A DNA stretch of 64,000 bases, from positions 27,268 through 91,267 of the forward strand of contig DBYX01000008.1 of NCBI GenBank assembly GCA_002311665.1. Direction: 5' to 3'. Below the pieces are notes generated by a model that was not told where the DNA came from, made no database searches, and saw nothing but the letters and a program-made list of their open reading frames with translations. The DNA comes from Lachnoclostridium sp. UBA1175. GTDB taxonomy: Bacteria; Bacillota; Clostridia; Lachnospirales; Lachnospiraceae. Positions 19,716-29,211 of the stretch are shown piece by piece. How positions within the stretch are numbered: position 1 is the stretch's first letter; each line of letters starts with the position of its first letter. A program made the translations under genes and the position numbers.

Positions 19716-21059
19716 CTATGCCAGCCCCGGCTTGCACGGCTTACCGTCGCGCCGCCGGTAGTAATAATACAATTCCTCCGTGGCGAGGGCCATCTTCGTG
19801 ATCGCAAAATCCCGCCCGTGCGGGTAGGTGTACCACGTGTCCTCGAGCGTGTTGAGGTCCACGCAGTCCCCGAACTTGCCGAGATACTCGTACTCGATGT
19901 GCACCGAGTACTGCGTCTCCGCCGCGATCTCCATCGAGAACGGATATCCCTCGTCATCCGTCCCGTTCACATGAAAACCGGTCATATCGTGGCGCATCGT
20001 GCCGTTGCCGAGCCGCACGAACTTCTTCGCGTTCGGCAGCGAATCGACGTGCACCTCGAGGTCGCCGGACGAGTACGTCCCCGCCTCGACCTCCGCGCGC
20101 ACGTTCGCGCGCTCCCACTCATACCAGTCAGGAATATGTGTCATATCAAACCCTGCCGAGTCGGCAAGCGCCTTCGCGCCGGTCGCCGCGGTCTCGGCAC
20201 CGATCTCGCCAGCCGCACCGCTCCCCTCATCGCGGCTCAGCTCCGAGAGCGGACTCATCGTCCAGCTCGCGCCGCACGCCTCGCAGAAGAGCTTCGAGCC
20301 CTTGCTGTTCATGCGGAACTCCGTCCCGCAGGCCGGGCACTGGTAGAGCACCTTGTGAAGGCCCTCCGCGCGCCCCTCGTACTTCGTCGCGATGCCGCGC
20401 TCCTTCTGCCACGCATAATCGTCGTACTGAAACATCTCGACGATCCGCCGGTTGATCTCGTCCACCGGCGTCGCCGCGAGCTCCTCGGGCGTGAAGATAC
20501 ACGTCATCTCCGCCTCGGTCGGCTTGATGCCGCGGTCGTGCAGGTTCCAGAAAGGCGAGTTCACGTGGTGGCCGTGGCAGATCATCGTCACGACAGGCAC
20601 CTTCAGGAACTTGCATAATTTGCCGAGCGACTCGGGCAGCACGGCCGTCGTCCCGCACAGGGAGTAGCGTGCCTCGGGATAGATCACCGCGATGTCGCCG
20701 TTCTTGATCACCTGATGCAGCTGCCGCACGAGAACAACGTCGTTCGTGAACTTGCGCTTGCAGATGCAACCGACGTTGCGAAGCAGTTTCTCTCGTCCTA
20801 TAAAACCGTCGATCGCCACGACATAGTTTGCCCTCTTGGGGAAAATGGCCTTCGTCGCGACCTTGAAATCCATAAATGCGTTGTGGTTGCACAGCAGCAC
20901 GAACGGCGGCTTGAGCCCCTCCGTGCGGACCTTCGTGATCCTCGCGCGGTGCTTCCACACATCCGGAAGACTTAAGAGGATAGTGATCGGGCGCAGGTAC
21001 CAGCGTGTGCGCACCGGCGGCTTCGCCATATCAAACCGTTCAAAGTTCTTGTGATCCAT
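19716..21059 (-). CDS. PlsC-family acyltransferase with C-terminal zinc-ribbon region
   Basis: Start trimmed to MDHKNFERF (RBS GGAAGGAG). HX4D motif CNHNAFMD. CPACG...CEACG ribbon. Confidence 0.7.
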   Translation of the reverse strand: MDHKNFERFDMAKPPVRTRWYLRPITILLSLPDVWKHRARITKVRTEGLKPPFVLLCNHNAFMDFKVATKAIFPKRANYVVAIDGFIGREKLLRNVGCICKRKFTNDVVLVRQLHQVIKNGDIAVIYPEARYSLCGTTAVLPESLGKLCKFLKVPVVTMICHGHHVNSPFWNLHDRGIKPTEAEMTCIFTPEELAATPVDEINRRIVEMFQYDDYAWQKERGIATKYEGRAEGLHKVLYQCPACGTEFRMNSKGSKLFCEACGASWTMSPLSELSRDEGSGAAGEIGAETAATGAKALADSAGFDMTHIPDWYEWERANVRAEVEAGTYSSGDLEVHVDSLPNAKKFVRLGNGTMRHDMTGFHVNGTDDEGYPFSMEIAAETQYSVHIEYEYLGKFGDCVDLNTLEDTWYTYPHGRDFAITKMALATEELYYYYRRRDGKPCKPGLA

Positions 21060-21186
21060 CGCAGCTCCTTCCGGGGTAACAAGGTATTGAATATCCGCTT
21101 CACCTCGCGGGTGACAACAGATAATCAACAGTATCATACCACAGAATCCGTTTGGCGACAATAGTCACGCCCCGGGAACACGCGCA

Positions 21187-21240
21187 AAAACCTCCCGACC
21201 CCGCATAAGACACTCATTTTGCGGTAGGTCGGGAGGTTTT
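21187..21240 (-). terminator. Rho-independent terminator downstream of the TldD/PmbA pair
   Basis: AAAACCTCCCGACC ... GGTCGGGAGGTTTT; the minus-strand reading ends in TTTTT. Confidence 0.7.
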
Positions 21241-21290
21241 GATCATACATCGTGCGGTTTTCTCTCAGGTGCGGCTGTCACCGGCGGCTG

Positions 21291-22511
21291 TCACACCTTA
21301 TACACCTTGAGCAGGATCACCTTGTCGTTGAAGAACGGCGAATCGTCCGAACCGACGCCGATGTAATCCTTTCCGAGAATGTCGAAGAAATTCATGTTCA
21401 CGCGGAACTCCGGCAGGCGTCCGACGACGCGCTCACCGTCCCACAGAAGCGACGTGTGGATGATCATGCTCGCGTTGCCCTTGTTGTCCATCGGGCTGCC
21501 CGTGCTGCTCATAGGGATGACCGCCGGTCTGCCCGCCAGCAGCTCCCGGATCGTCTTCTCACTCCTGCGGATGCGGAGGTTCAGGCCGCCCGGATACGGG
21601 AGATCCGAGTAGTTGTGCCCTGCCGTCCTCGTGTGCGGCACACCGTACTTCTGCGCAACACGCTTGTCGGAATACCCGGTCTTGATCACGCCGTTCTCGA
21701 TCAGCACGAGCTTATCGTTTGGGATCACGCAGCCCTCGCCGTCCCAGAACCGTCCGAACCACGACTCCTTGTCGGTCACGTCATGCTCGAGCGTAAAATT
21801 CTCACTGAACACCTGCTCGCCGACCTTCCCCGTGAGATGCGATGTGCCGAGCGCGAGATTTTCCGCATTGAGCTCGTCCGCGAGCGCCCCGGTGAGCGAG
21901 TAGTACTGGATGCTCAGAATGATCTCCTCCGGCACCTCGGTCATCGTCTCGTACTGCCCGAGATACAGGTCCGCCATCGTGCGGAATACCGAGCCGTCGT
22001 CGAGGGTTCGCATGTTGTAGCCGAAGTAGCCGTTCATAATGTCCTTACTGTCTTTGTGCTTGAACGCGATGCCCGCGCCGAAACACGCGTCGGACTCCTC
22101 GAAGTCCGTGCCGATGTCGCTTGTGAGCGAGTGGCGGCACGTTTCCGCGGTGAAGTTTCCGGTAAATGTGAACTGCGGGTATTTCTCGAGGATGTACTTC
22201 ATATACTCCCCGGCAACGTCCATCAGCTCGCGGTCCGACACGTGGCTCTCACTCTTGTCGCGCCTGCGCTCTCCACCCGCCTCCGGCGTGAACGGATACG
22301 GTCTCGCGCGCTCCGGATCGGCCTGCGCTCTCGCGAAGCCCTCCTCGTCCGCGATCTCCCCGATGCTGTAGCAGATGCCGACCTTCTCGCCGTCGTACAC
22401 GCGGTACGAGGTCTCGACGGTGTTGGTGCGCTCGAACGCCTTCGGCTTATTTTCCTCGTAGGACATTTTGGAAACCGTCCTGCGGGTGCTGTGTTTTTCC
22501 TTGATCGTCAT
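21291..22511 (-). CDS. TldD/PmbA-family metallopeptidase subunit (PmbA-like)
   Basis: 406 aa immediately downstream of tldD. C-terminal GNASMIIHTSLLWDGERV and FFNDKVILLKV regions resemble the PmbA/TldD fold. No HExxxH motif. Confidence 0.75.
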   Translation of the reverse strand: MTIKEKHSTRRTVSKMSYEENKPKAFERTNTVETSYRVYDGEKVGICYSIGEIADEEGFARAQADPERARPYPFTPEAGGERRRDKSESHVSDRELMDVAGEYMKYILEKYPQFTFTGNFTAETCRHSLTSDIGTDFEESDACFGAGIAFKHKDSKDIMNGYFGYNMRTLDDGSVFRTMADLYLGQYETMTEVPEEIILSIQYYSLTGALADELNAENLALGTSHLTGKVGEQVFSENFTLEHDVTDKESWFGRFWDGEGCVIPNDKLVLIENGVIKTGYSDKRVAQKYGVPHTRTAGHNYSDLPYPGGLNLRIRRSEKTIRELLAGRPAVIPMSSTGSPMDNKGNASMIIHTSLLWDGERVVGRLPEFRVNMNFFDILGKDYIGVGSDDSPFFNDKVILLKVYKV

Positions 22512-22524
22512 AGTAAAATCCCCC

Positions 22525-23868
22525 TTAATTCACATGTAATTTGCGCACGCGGATGCTCGGGCCTCCCGCGGAAACCCTGACAATCTGGTTCATTTTCCCA
22601 CACGTGTACGAGTCGAACAGCTCGAAATCCGAGCCGACGCGATCGATGTCGAACAGCGTCTGGAACACCGAGCCGGTCAGCTGGTGTACGCGCAGCGGTT
22701 CGCAGATCTTGCCGTCGCGGATGCGGTAGCAGACCCTCGCGTTCATAACGAAAGTGGCGCCGCCGGTGCCGTCCGAGACCATATGCACATAGATGCCGTC
22801 CTTCGTGTCGGCGATGATGTCCTCGAACGAGTCCTTGCCGGGCTGTAAGAACGTGTTGGTCATACGCACGATCGGTCTCTTGCGGTAGCTCTGCGCGCGG
22901 CAGTTGCCGGTCAGTTCCTCGGAGAGCACCGCCGCCGAGTTGGAATCGTGCAGACGCCCGGTCAGCACACCGTTCTTGATCAGCCATGTCTCGCGGGCCT
23001 TCGTGCCCTCATCGTCGTACGGGACATAGCCGTGGTTTTGCATATCGCCGCTGTCCACGATCGACACAAGGTCCGAACCGACCTTCTTGCCGAGCACCCA
23101 CTCGTCGCGGAGCGTCTTGTCGTTGAGCATAAAATCCGCCTCGCTCTTGTGGCCGAAGCTCTCGTGCGCGAACATCGCCGTCGTGATCGGAGAGAGCACG
23201 CACGTGTACTCGCCGGGCTCCACATCCACCGCATTCGCGAGGTAATCGACGCAGCGGGCGCGCTCCGCAAGGATCTCCGCCTCGTGCCCCGTCAGCTCCT
23301 CCGGCACCGCGCCGAAGATCTGTTTGCCGCAGTTCATCGGCTCACCGTTCCCGCCGAGCGTGTACCACACACCGGCGGCACACATCTGATAGTCGTAGAC
23401 GATCTCGCTCCCCTTCGAGGAGTAGAAACTCAGCTTCGAATACTCGCCGCCCGCGCCGATCGACCAGGAGTTCACACCGGGCATCTCATCCTCGATACAC
23501 GCGCCGGCATAGTAGTCGATCACATTCATAAACCGCTGCCGCGCGATGTCCGCAAGCTTGTCGCCCTCGTACCGCAGCCGCTCCTCGCGGTTAACCTCCA
23601 GAAGTTTGATCGCCGGATCGTCATAGATCGCCGGGTTCGGCTGCGCCAGCTCCGCAAGCGCGTCCAGCTCCTCCTGCAGCCTGTCGAGCTCGTTCGTCGA
23701 CGTCGTGTACCATAATTTTCCGTCGTATACGCGGATCAGCGCACCGCACTCCTGCGTGGCTCTGTCATTCACCAGTTCACCGTTGAACTTCATCAGGTTC
23801 ACGGTGTATTTTTCCTCGATCCGGATGTCGGCGTACAGACCTTCCGGAAAATGAAACTTCTCTCCCAT
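22525..23868 (-). CDS. tldD: TldD-family zinc metallopeptidase
   Basis: Start trimmed to MGEKFHFPEGLY (RBS GGAGGAACCGAA-ATG). Metal-binding motif AHESFGHKSEAD; GNCRAQSYRKRPIVRMTNTF. Confidence 0.85.
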   Translation of the reverse strand: MGEKFHFPEGLYADIRIEEKYTVNLMKFNGELVNDRATQECGALIRVYDGKLWYTTSTNELDRLQEELDALAELAQPNPAIYDDPAIKLLEVNREERLRYEGDKLADIARQRFMNVIDYYAGACIEDEMPGVNSWSIGAGGEYSKLSFYSSKGSEIVYDYQMCAAGVWYTLGGNGEPMNCGKQIFGAVPEELTGHEAEILAERARCVDYLANAVDVEPGEYTCVLSPITTAMFAHESFGHKSEADFMLNDKTLRDEWVLGKKVGSDLVSIVDSGDMQNHGYVPYDDEGTKARETWLIKNGVLTGRLHDSNSAAVLSEELTGNCRAQSYRKRPIVRMTNTFLQPGKDSFEDIIADTKDGIYVHMVSDGTGGATFVMNARVCYRIRDGKICEPLRVHQLTGSVFQTLFDIDRVGSDFELFDSYTCGKMNQIVRVSAGGPSIRVRKLHVN

Positions 23869-23946
23869 TTCGGTTCCTCCGATAATCTTAATATTCATAC
23901 AGTCCCCCTGCTGAGCAACCTCAGCGCCTGCCGCTGCCGCGGCCGT

Positions 23947-24852
23947 TTACCTGCACTCCCCGAGCTTCGAGCGGTCCACCCAGCTACGCGTTCTGCTGTT
24001 CGACTGCATCGAATAGCCCTGCGGCGAATGCACATACGAATCCGCCAGCGCGAAAATCCCCACAAACAAGCCGCCCAACGTCATATTCACGCCGTATGCC
24101 TTCTGGTTGTCCTCATCGTTCCCGACAAGCTGTACCTCCACAATCGGTGATTCGCCGTCCCTGCCGATCGAACACACCATAAAGTCAAGCATGGCCGTGA
24201 TCTTCTCCTTCGGCACTCGCGTCGCCTTCTCGATCGTCGAAAGGCTCGCCAGCTCGCCGATGCCGAGCGTGTACAGAAAGCCCAGGACCTTCAGATTGTC
24301 CCGGTCCGCAAGCATCCCGAAGAACTTCCGAACCTCGGTCGTGTCACGGAACCAGCGCTCAAAGCCCTTGTCCTCCTCCGGCTGGCGCAGGAAAAGGAAA
24401 CAGTCCTTGAACTTGTCCAGGCGCATGAACGTGTATCCCGTGTCAAATGAGACCGCGCTCGACATCCGCGCGCTGTTCTCCTCATGCTGCGGCCGATCGT
24501 AATAGTCGATGGGATTCTTCCAGCTGCTGATCTGCATCGCCCACAGCAGACGGTGAACCTTATCGATATACACCTTTTTCCTGTCATCGAAGGTTCCTTC
24601 GCCTCTCCAGACCGATGACAACTCATTTACGACCTGCTGTTCGATCGAGGCGCGGCGTCCCTCACGCCCGTACAAATAATCGGTGGAAACGCTGAAGAAA
24701 TCCGCGATCTTCGGGATCAGGTCCCCCTCCGGAAAACTGCCGTTCTCCCATTTGGAGACCGCCTGCGCGCTCACCCCCAGGTGACTCGCGAGCTGCTCCT
24801 GCGTCACTTTCTTCTCCTTGCGGAGCGCCTGCAGAGATTCCCCAAAACTCAT
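23947..24852 (-). CDS. XRE-family HTH transcriptional regulator with ~240-aa C-terminal domain
   Basis: Start trimmed to MSFGESLQALRKEKKVTQEQLASHLGVSAQAVSKWENG (RBS AAAGGAG). Confidence 0.8.
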   Translation of the reverse strand: MSFGESLQALRKEKKVTQEQLASHLGVSAQAVSKWENGSFPEGDLIPKIADFFSVSTDYLYGREGRRASIEQQVVNELSSVWRGEGTFDDRKKVYIDKVHRLLWAMQISSWKNPIDYYDRPQHEENSARMSSAVSFDTGYTFMRLDKFKDCFLFLRQPEEDKGFERWFRDTTEVRKFFGMLADRDNLKVLGFLYTLGIGELASLSTIEKATRVPKEKITAMLDFMVCSIGRDGESPIVEVQLVGNDEDNQKAYGVNMTLGGLFVGIFALADSYVHSPQGYSMQSNSRTRSWVDRSKLGECR

Positions 24853-25030
24853 ATGTGACTCCTTTCCGGGAGCTTGTGATTCGCTCCCCCACTCGCCTCT
24901 CGGTTGATTTGTCTGCATTATAGCACAATTTACGGTTGAGCGTTAGCGCTAATTCAAATGTAAGTTTAGTTTTGAGTGGAATTTTCCGCGTAAAATCAAC
25001 CAAGCGTTGACAGAAATAGCGAAAACAACC

Positions 25031-25066
25031 GAAAAAATCGGGCTTCCCAACCGCGGAAAGCCCGAT
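25031..25066 (-). terminator. Rho-independent terminator of the 25111..26403 gene
   Basis: ATCGGGCTT (25037-25045) / AAGCCCGAT (25058-25066); T-run on the minus strand (A-run 25032-25037). Confidence 0.65.
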
Positions 25067-25110
25067 CCTGTTTCAAAAACTCAGAAAAACCCCAAAACAA
25101 TTGACGACGA

Positions 25111-26403
25111 TCATTCCAAGCCCGACAATCTCCAATACCCGTCCTCGTCCATCCACAGCTTATGCGTTTCCTCTTGACCGCCGCCGACCGGAGTGCGCTT
25201 GACGACAAGCTTGCCGTTCTCTTCAACAAATCTCAGATCATACCCCGGATCTTCAACCTGACGCCTATTCTGACTGTATATCAAAAGGCAAGTCTCTTCA
25301 CTGCGATAGCTTGTGGGACTGTACTGAAAAGTCAGGCAAAGCTCCCGGACATCATCCCCGTCCAGATCGGCCACGTAGGCATTCAGAATCTTCTCGCATT
25401 GATTGGACCATCTGCTGAAAATCTCCACGATGCCCGCATCCGAATTGTACTTAAGCCAGTACGCGTCCGGGTTCGGGTAGTAGCCATAGAAGTTCCCGCC
25501 GTCCGCGACGAACACCGCCGGCAGATCATCGCTTTCGTATTCCTCCACGCGAATCAGCTGACGCGCCACCGCATCCCCCTTCGTGTAGTCAAACCAGCAC
25601 TCAACCGGCTTGCCGTTCATCGGGATCAACTTGATCGAATCCACCGAAGTCGGGTTTGTGATCGGCTGATATACCAGTGCATTGTCGGAGATAACGAGCC
25701 TGCCGCGCTCCACGGACTTCCGTTTTTCACTGCTTTTCTTACGGATCACAATATCCTCGTCTGTCTCCTCGCACCAGGCATAGGAAATGTTCTTTTCCGG
25801 GTTCAACTCGCAGGCCGTCTGCGTGACGAATACAAATGCATCGGCTCTGTCCGACTCCACGGCAACAAACTCCTGGATCCCGTCCCCGTTCAGATCCGCA
25901 AAATGCAGTGCTCCGATGGTCGTGTTTCCGTGGAAGACATCTTGGCCGCAATGAAGAACCTTATAGAAACCGACATTCGTAATCCGATAGTCATCCCGTT
26001 CCCATGTAAACTTGTAATCCGGAAGGTTGGTGCAGGTAACCTCCGCGCTCGTAATGACCAGACCTCTCCGCTTCAGTTCCGGCACTTCCGACATCGTCCA
26101 CGTCTTTCTCTCATTCGGTCTTGTCACCGTCGTCATACCCGATTCCGATATGCCGTCGAGCTCAAAGGTGTATTTGATGACGTAGGTCACTTCCTTGTCT
26201 TCCGTCACAGGCTCCGGAGTCGCCGACACCTCTTTGGTATCATTGTTGTCCGACTTGCCGTCCGGCTTACTGTCCGGCCCGCAGCCCGTCAACAGTAGCA
26301 TCGCCATACAGATCAACGCCGCGACACACACCACGGTGATCCGAATGCGGCGAAGTTTCCCGGCCCCCTCGGCTGAGTAGGTTTCGTTCAGAACTTTGTA
26401 CAT
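25111..26403 (-). CDS. Lipoprotein with FG-GAP/VCBS-like Ca-binding motifs
   Basis: Lipobox LLLTGC after a TM-like signal. DLNGDGIQEF and DLDGDDVRE motifs. Confidence 0.6.
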   Translation of the reverse strand: MYKVLNETYSAEGAGKLRRIRITVVCVAALICMAMLLLTGCGPDSKPDGKSDNNDTKEVSATPEPVTEDKEVTYVIKYTFELDGISESGMTTVTRPNERKTWTMSEVPELKRRGLVITSAEVTCTNLPDYKFTWERDDYRITNVGFYKVLHCGQDVFHGNTTIGALHFADLNGDGIQEFVAVESDRADAFVFVTQTACELNPEKNISYAWCEETDEDIVIRKKSSEKRKSVERGRLVISDNALVYQPITNPTSVDSIKLIPMNGKPVECWFDYTKGDAVARQLIRVEEYESDDLPAVFVADGGNFYGYYPNPDAYWLKYNSDAGIVEIFSRWSNQCEKILNAYVADLDGDDVRELCLTFQYSPTSYRSEETCLLIYSQNRRQVEDPGYDLRFVEENGKLVVKRTPVGGGQEETHKLWMDEDGYWRLSGLE

Positions 26404-26499
26404 AAAATCTCCCCCTTGAAAGATATATTATTCCACGCATATTGCGTGGTTACGGCTCACCGGTTCATTGCTCCTTAACTCAAGCAGCACACCGATCCG

Positions 26500-27231
26500 T
26501 TACTGCGCCTTCAGCTCGAGCAGCACGCCGTTACGGTTCGGCGCAGTCACATTGTCCGAATGATTCGCGGAGCGCACGTAATTGCGGACATCGAGCCACT
26601 CATCCGGCGTGTCCGCCCTGATGGCCTGCTCAACCCCGTCGCTGCCCTTGGCGGCATAGTAGAAGCCGTCTTCCGCGTGCCACACCACCTTGCAGGGGAA
26701 CGCGATGCTGTTGCCGTACTGTGCCTGCTTCTCGCGCACGGCGATGTCACGCAGACCGGCCAGAAACGCGTTGACCTTGCCAAGCTGCTCCTCCGAGGCA
26801 TTGTCCTTAATCGCGAGCGTAAACTCCGAAAGCCGGTCAAACTGCGGCGAGTACACGACGGGCTTCAGCCCGCAGTCCTCGATCAGCTTCTCGAGGTCCT
26901 TGCGGTACAGGTTGTACACGCCGTCCTCGAAGTCGGCGGCTATCCCGTAATCGCTTGTGTAGCAGACGTGCGAACCGTCAACCTGCACCTCGCTGCCGAA
27001 CGTCCACACGTCAAATGCGATCCCGCGGTCCTTCGTGACGCAGTGGATCCGCCGCTCGCTGATCACCTCAAACGACCCGATCTCCTCCCCGTTCGCCACC
27101 TCGGCCGCATACTCCTTCATCCGGTCCGTCGACGCCAGATGCTCCCCGCACCCCGCGAGCACCGCCGCCGCGAAGAACAACAGCAGCGCGGCAGTAAGGG
27201 GGCGGCGAAGCGCCCTCATACATTTTACCAT
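26500..27231 (-). CDS. Hypothetical lipoprotein
   Basis: Start trimmed to MVKCMRALRRPLTAALLLFFAAAVLAGC (RBS GGGAGGA 9 nt upstream). The lipobox is LAGC. Confidence 0.6.
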   Translation of the reverse strand: MVKCMRALRRPLTAALLLFFAAAVLAGCGEHLASTDRMKEYAAEVANGEEIGSFEVISERRIHCVTKDRGIAFDVWTFGSEVQVDGSHVCYTSDYGIAADFEDGVYNLYRKDLEKLIEDCGLKPVVYSPQFDRLSEFTLAIKDNASEEQLGKVNAFLAGLRDIAVREKQAQYGNSIAFPCKVVWHAEDGFYYAAKGSDGVEQAIRADTPDEWLDVRNYVRSANHSDNVTAPNRNGVLLELKAQ

Positions 27232-27267
27232 AGTCCGATTTCCTCCCATCACGCAATTATATCACAA

Positions 27268-27462
27268 TCAATCGTCGAAGAAAGCATCGATCGCTTCCAT
27301 CTCATCCACCCAGCCCTGATCGCCCTTCGCGCCCTTCATCACGGCGCCGCAACCCGGGCAGGTCTTCTTCGCCTTCCCGCACACCTCACCGCACGCGGAG
27401 CACTCGTACTCGTCGCTTCGGAAAATGTGCGTGTGCCGGATCCAGTGAGCGGTGTGCTTCAT
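27268..27462 (-). CDS. Small zinc-ribbon protein (64 aa)
   Basis: MKHTAHWIRHTHIFRSDEYECSACGEVCGKAKKTCPGCGAVMKG... with CxxC-x9-CxxC. RBS GGAGGGGG; ATGA overlap with the bcp stop. The longer track ORF (to 27795) is a shadow of bcp. Confidence 0.5.
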   Translation of the reverse strand: MKHTAHWIRHTHIFRSDEYECSACGEVCGKAKKTCPGCGAVMKGAKGDQGWVDEMEAIDAFFDD

Positions 27463-27923
27463 ACCCCCTCCTTGACCGTCGTCAGCATCTCCTCCGGGTT
27501 CTCCGCGGCCTTCACCTTGTCCGCCGCGCGGATGATCACGCCGTTCTCGTCGATCAGGTACGTCGTGCGCACCACGCCCATCGAGACTTTGCCGTAATTC
27601 ACTTTCTCCTTCCAGACATCGTACGCCTCGAGCACCTTGCGCTCCGGGTCCGCCAGCAGCGTAAACGCGAGCCCGTACTTGTCGGCAAATCGCCTGTGCG
27701 ACTCGACGCTGTCCTTGCTGACCCCGAGGATCTCGACGCCCTGCTCCCGGAAGAGCGGCATGCGCTCCGAGAACCCGCACGCCTGCTTCGTGCACCCCGA
27801 CGTGTTGTCCTTCGGGTAGAAATACAGGATCACTTTCCTCCCGCGGTAATCCGCGAGCGAATGAAGCTTGCCGTCCTGATCCGGCAGCGTGAAATCAGGT
27901 GCTTTAGTTCCAACCGTTAACAT
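27459..27923 (-). CDS. bcp: Thiol peroxidase / peroxiredoxin Bcp
   Basis: 154 aa. FTLPDQDGK, YFYPKDNTSGCTKQAC (peroxidatic Cys), GVSKDS. Confidence 0.92.
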   Translation of the reverse strand: MLTVGTKAPDFTLPDQDGKLHSLADYRGRKVILYFYPKDNTSGCTKQACGFSERMPLFREQGVEILGVSKDSVESHRRFADKYGLAFTLLADPERKVLEAYDVWKEKVNYGKVSMGVVRTTYLIDENGVIIRAADKVKAAENPEEMLTTVKEGV

Positions 27924-27965
27924 ATTGTTGCTCCTTTATTATACGCTTAGTGCGGCATAAAATGC

Positions 27966-29108
27966 TCAAAGATCGATCAAAACCGCCCTGCACGGCGCGC
28001 CGTCCGCGCCCCCGAGGTTGATCGGCGCCGCGTTCAGCAGATACTTCCCGACCGGCACCTCCGCGAGCCTGATGCCCTCCAGCAACACGATCTCCGCCCC
28101 GAGCATCACAAGATGCACCGCCATCGGCGCATCCTCCGGCCCAACCGTCTGCGACTCGTTGCCGAACAGCTTGATCCCGGCCTCCGCGAACACCTTTGCC
28201 GCCTCCGGCGTCACCGTCGCCTTGCCCTTCACAAGGATCCGCTCCGCCGCCTCGGCATCGCACTCCCGCGCCTCCCGCAGGATCCGCGCCGCATCCGCCG
28301 CCGAAATCTCGCCCGCCGCCTCCGCGACATAGGCGAACCCGACAAACCGCTCCATATCCACCTGATCGATCTTCTTCCCGTCCTTTAGAAAATGAAACGG
28401 AGCATCCACGTGCGTCCCATTGTGCGCGCACATCCGAAACGCCGTCAGATTGCACACAGCCCCGTCTGCAATGCTCAACATAACCTCCCGCACCGGGCTC
28501 GGATCGCCCGGGTACACGGCGCAGGAGAAAACTTCCTGGGAGATGTCGTAGAGTTTCATACCGGTTTTCTTTCTCGCAGGCTCAGCCCCCTTACTCAGAT
28601 CCGCAAGCGTCTGCTCGCCCACCGCCTTAATCTTATCATCCAGCACGGCAAATACAATCTCCATCTCATAGTCCGGATACTCCGCCAGAAAATCCCGACA
28701 AGCCTGGATTGCCTTCCTCCACGCCCCATCCAACGGATACCCGTAGATCCCCGCCGAGATCAGCGGAAAACCGATCGAATGCAGCCCGTTCTCCATCGCA
28801 AGCAACAGCGACTTCTTATACGCGCTGTACAGAAGCTTCGGCTCACCCTGCTTCCCATCCGTATACTGCGGCCCGACCGCGTGGATCACAAACTTCGCCG
28901 GTAAATTGAACCCCGGCGTAATCACCGCATCCCCAACATCGCAGTGCCCGATCTTGTTGCACGCAGCCGACATCTCATTAACGCCCGCGTCTCGGAAAAT
29001 GTAACCGCACACGCCGCTGCCGTGCCACAGCCCGGTGTTTGCCGCATTAACCACGGCGTCAGTAGCGAGTTTGGTGATATTGTTTTTTTGGATGGTGATA
29101 GAGGACAT
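27966..29108 (-). CDS. Fusion protein: N-terminal macro domain + C-terminal cyclase/arylformamidase-family domain
   Basis: Macro domain: DAVVNAANTGLWHGSGVCGYIF...IGFPLISAGIYGYP. Cyclase family: HNGTHVDAPFHF, EGIRL. Confidence 0.8.
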   Translation of the reverse strand: MSSITIQKNNITKLATDAVVNAANTGLWHGSGVCGYIFRDAGVNEMSAACNKIGHCDVGDAVITPGFNLPAKFVIHAVGPQYTDGKQGEPKLLYSAYKKSLLLAMENGLHSIGFPLISAGIYGYPLDGAWRKAIQACRDFLAEYPDYEMEIVFAVLDDKIKAVGEQTLADLSKGAEPARKKTGMKLYDISQEVFSCAVYPGDPSPVREVMLSIADGAVCNLTAFRMCAHNGTHVDAPFHFLKDGKKIDQVDMERFVGFAYVAEAAGEISAADAARILREARECDAEAAERILVKGKATVTPEAAKVFAEAGIKLFGNESQTVGPEDAPMAVHLVMLGAEIVLLEGIRLAEVPVGKYLLNAAPINLGGADGAPCRAVLIDL

Positions 29109-29211
29109 ATTTCGAACCTCCTTTTTCCATTTTTTGGATTATCATATTCAAAACATGTCCATTCTCAGTTACAACGTTTGATATACGCTGGTCAAAATAA
29201 GAACACCTTCA

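Noticed and set aside
21252-23715. + strand ORFs 21252..22580 and 22948..23715
   Set aside because: These are antisense shadows of the PmbA-like and TldD genes.
25162-27597. + strand ORFs 25162..26298 and 26560..27597
   Set aside because: These are antisense shadows of the two lipoprotein genes, with an Arg/His/Leu-rich composition.
27268-27795. 175-aa version of the small ORF
   Set aside because: Upstream of Met at 27462 it is antisense or out of frame to bcp, with a Gly/Arg-rich composition. Only the 64-aa zinc-ribbon part, which has its own RBS, is plausible.
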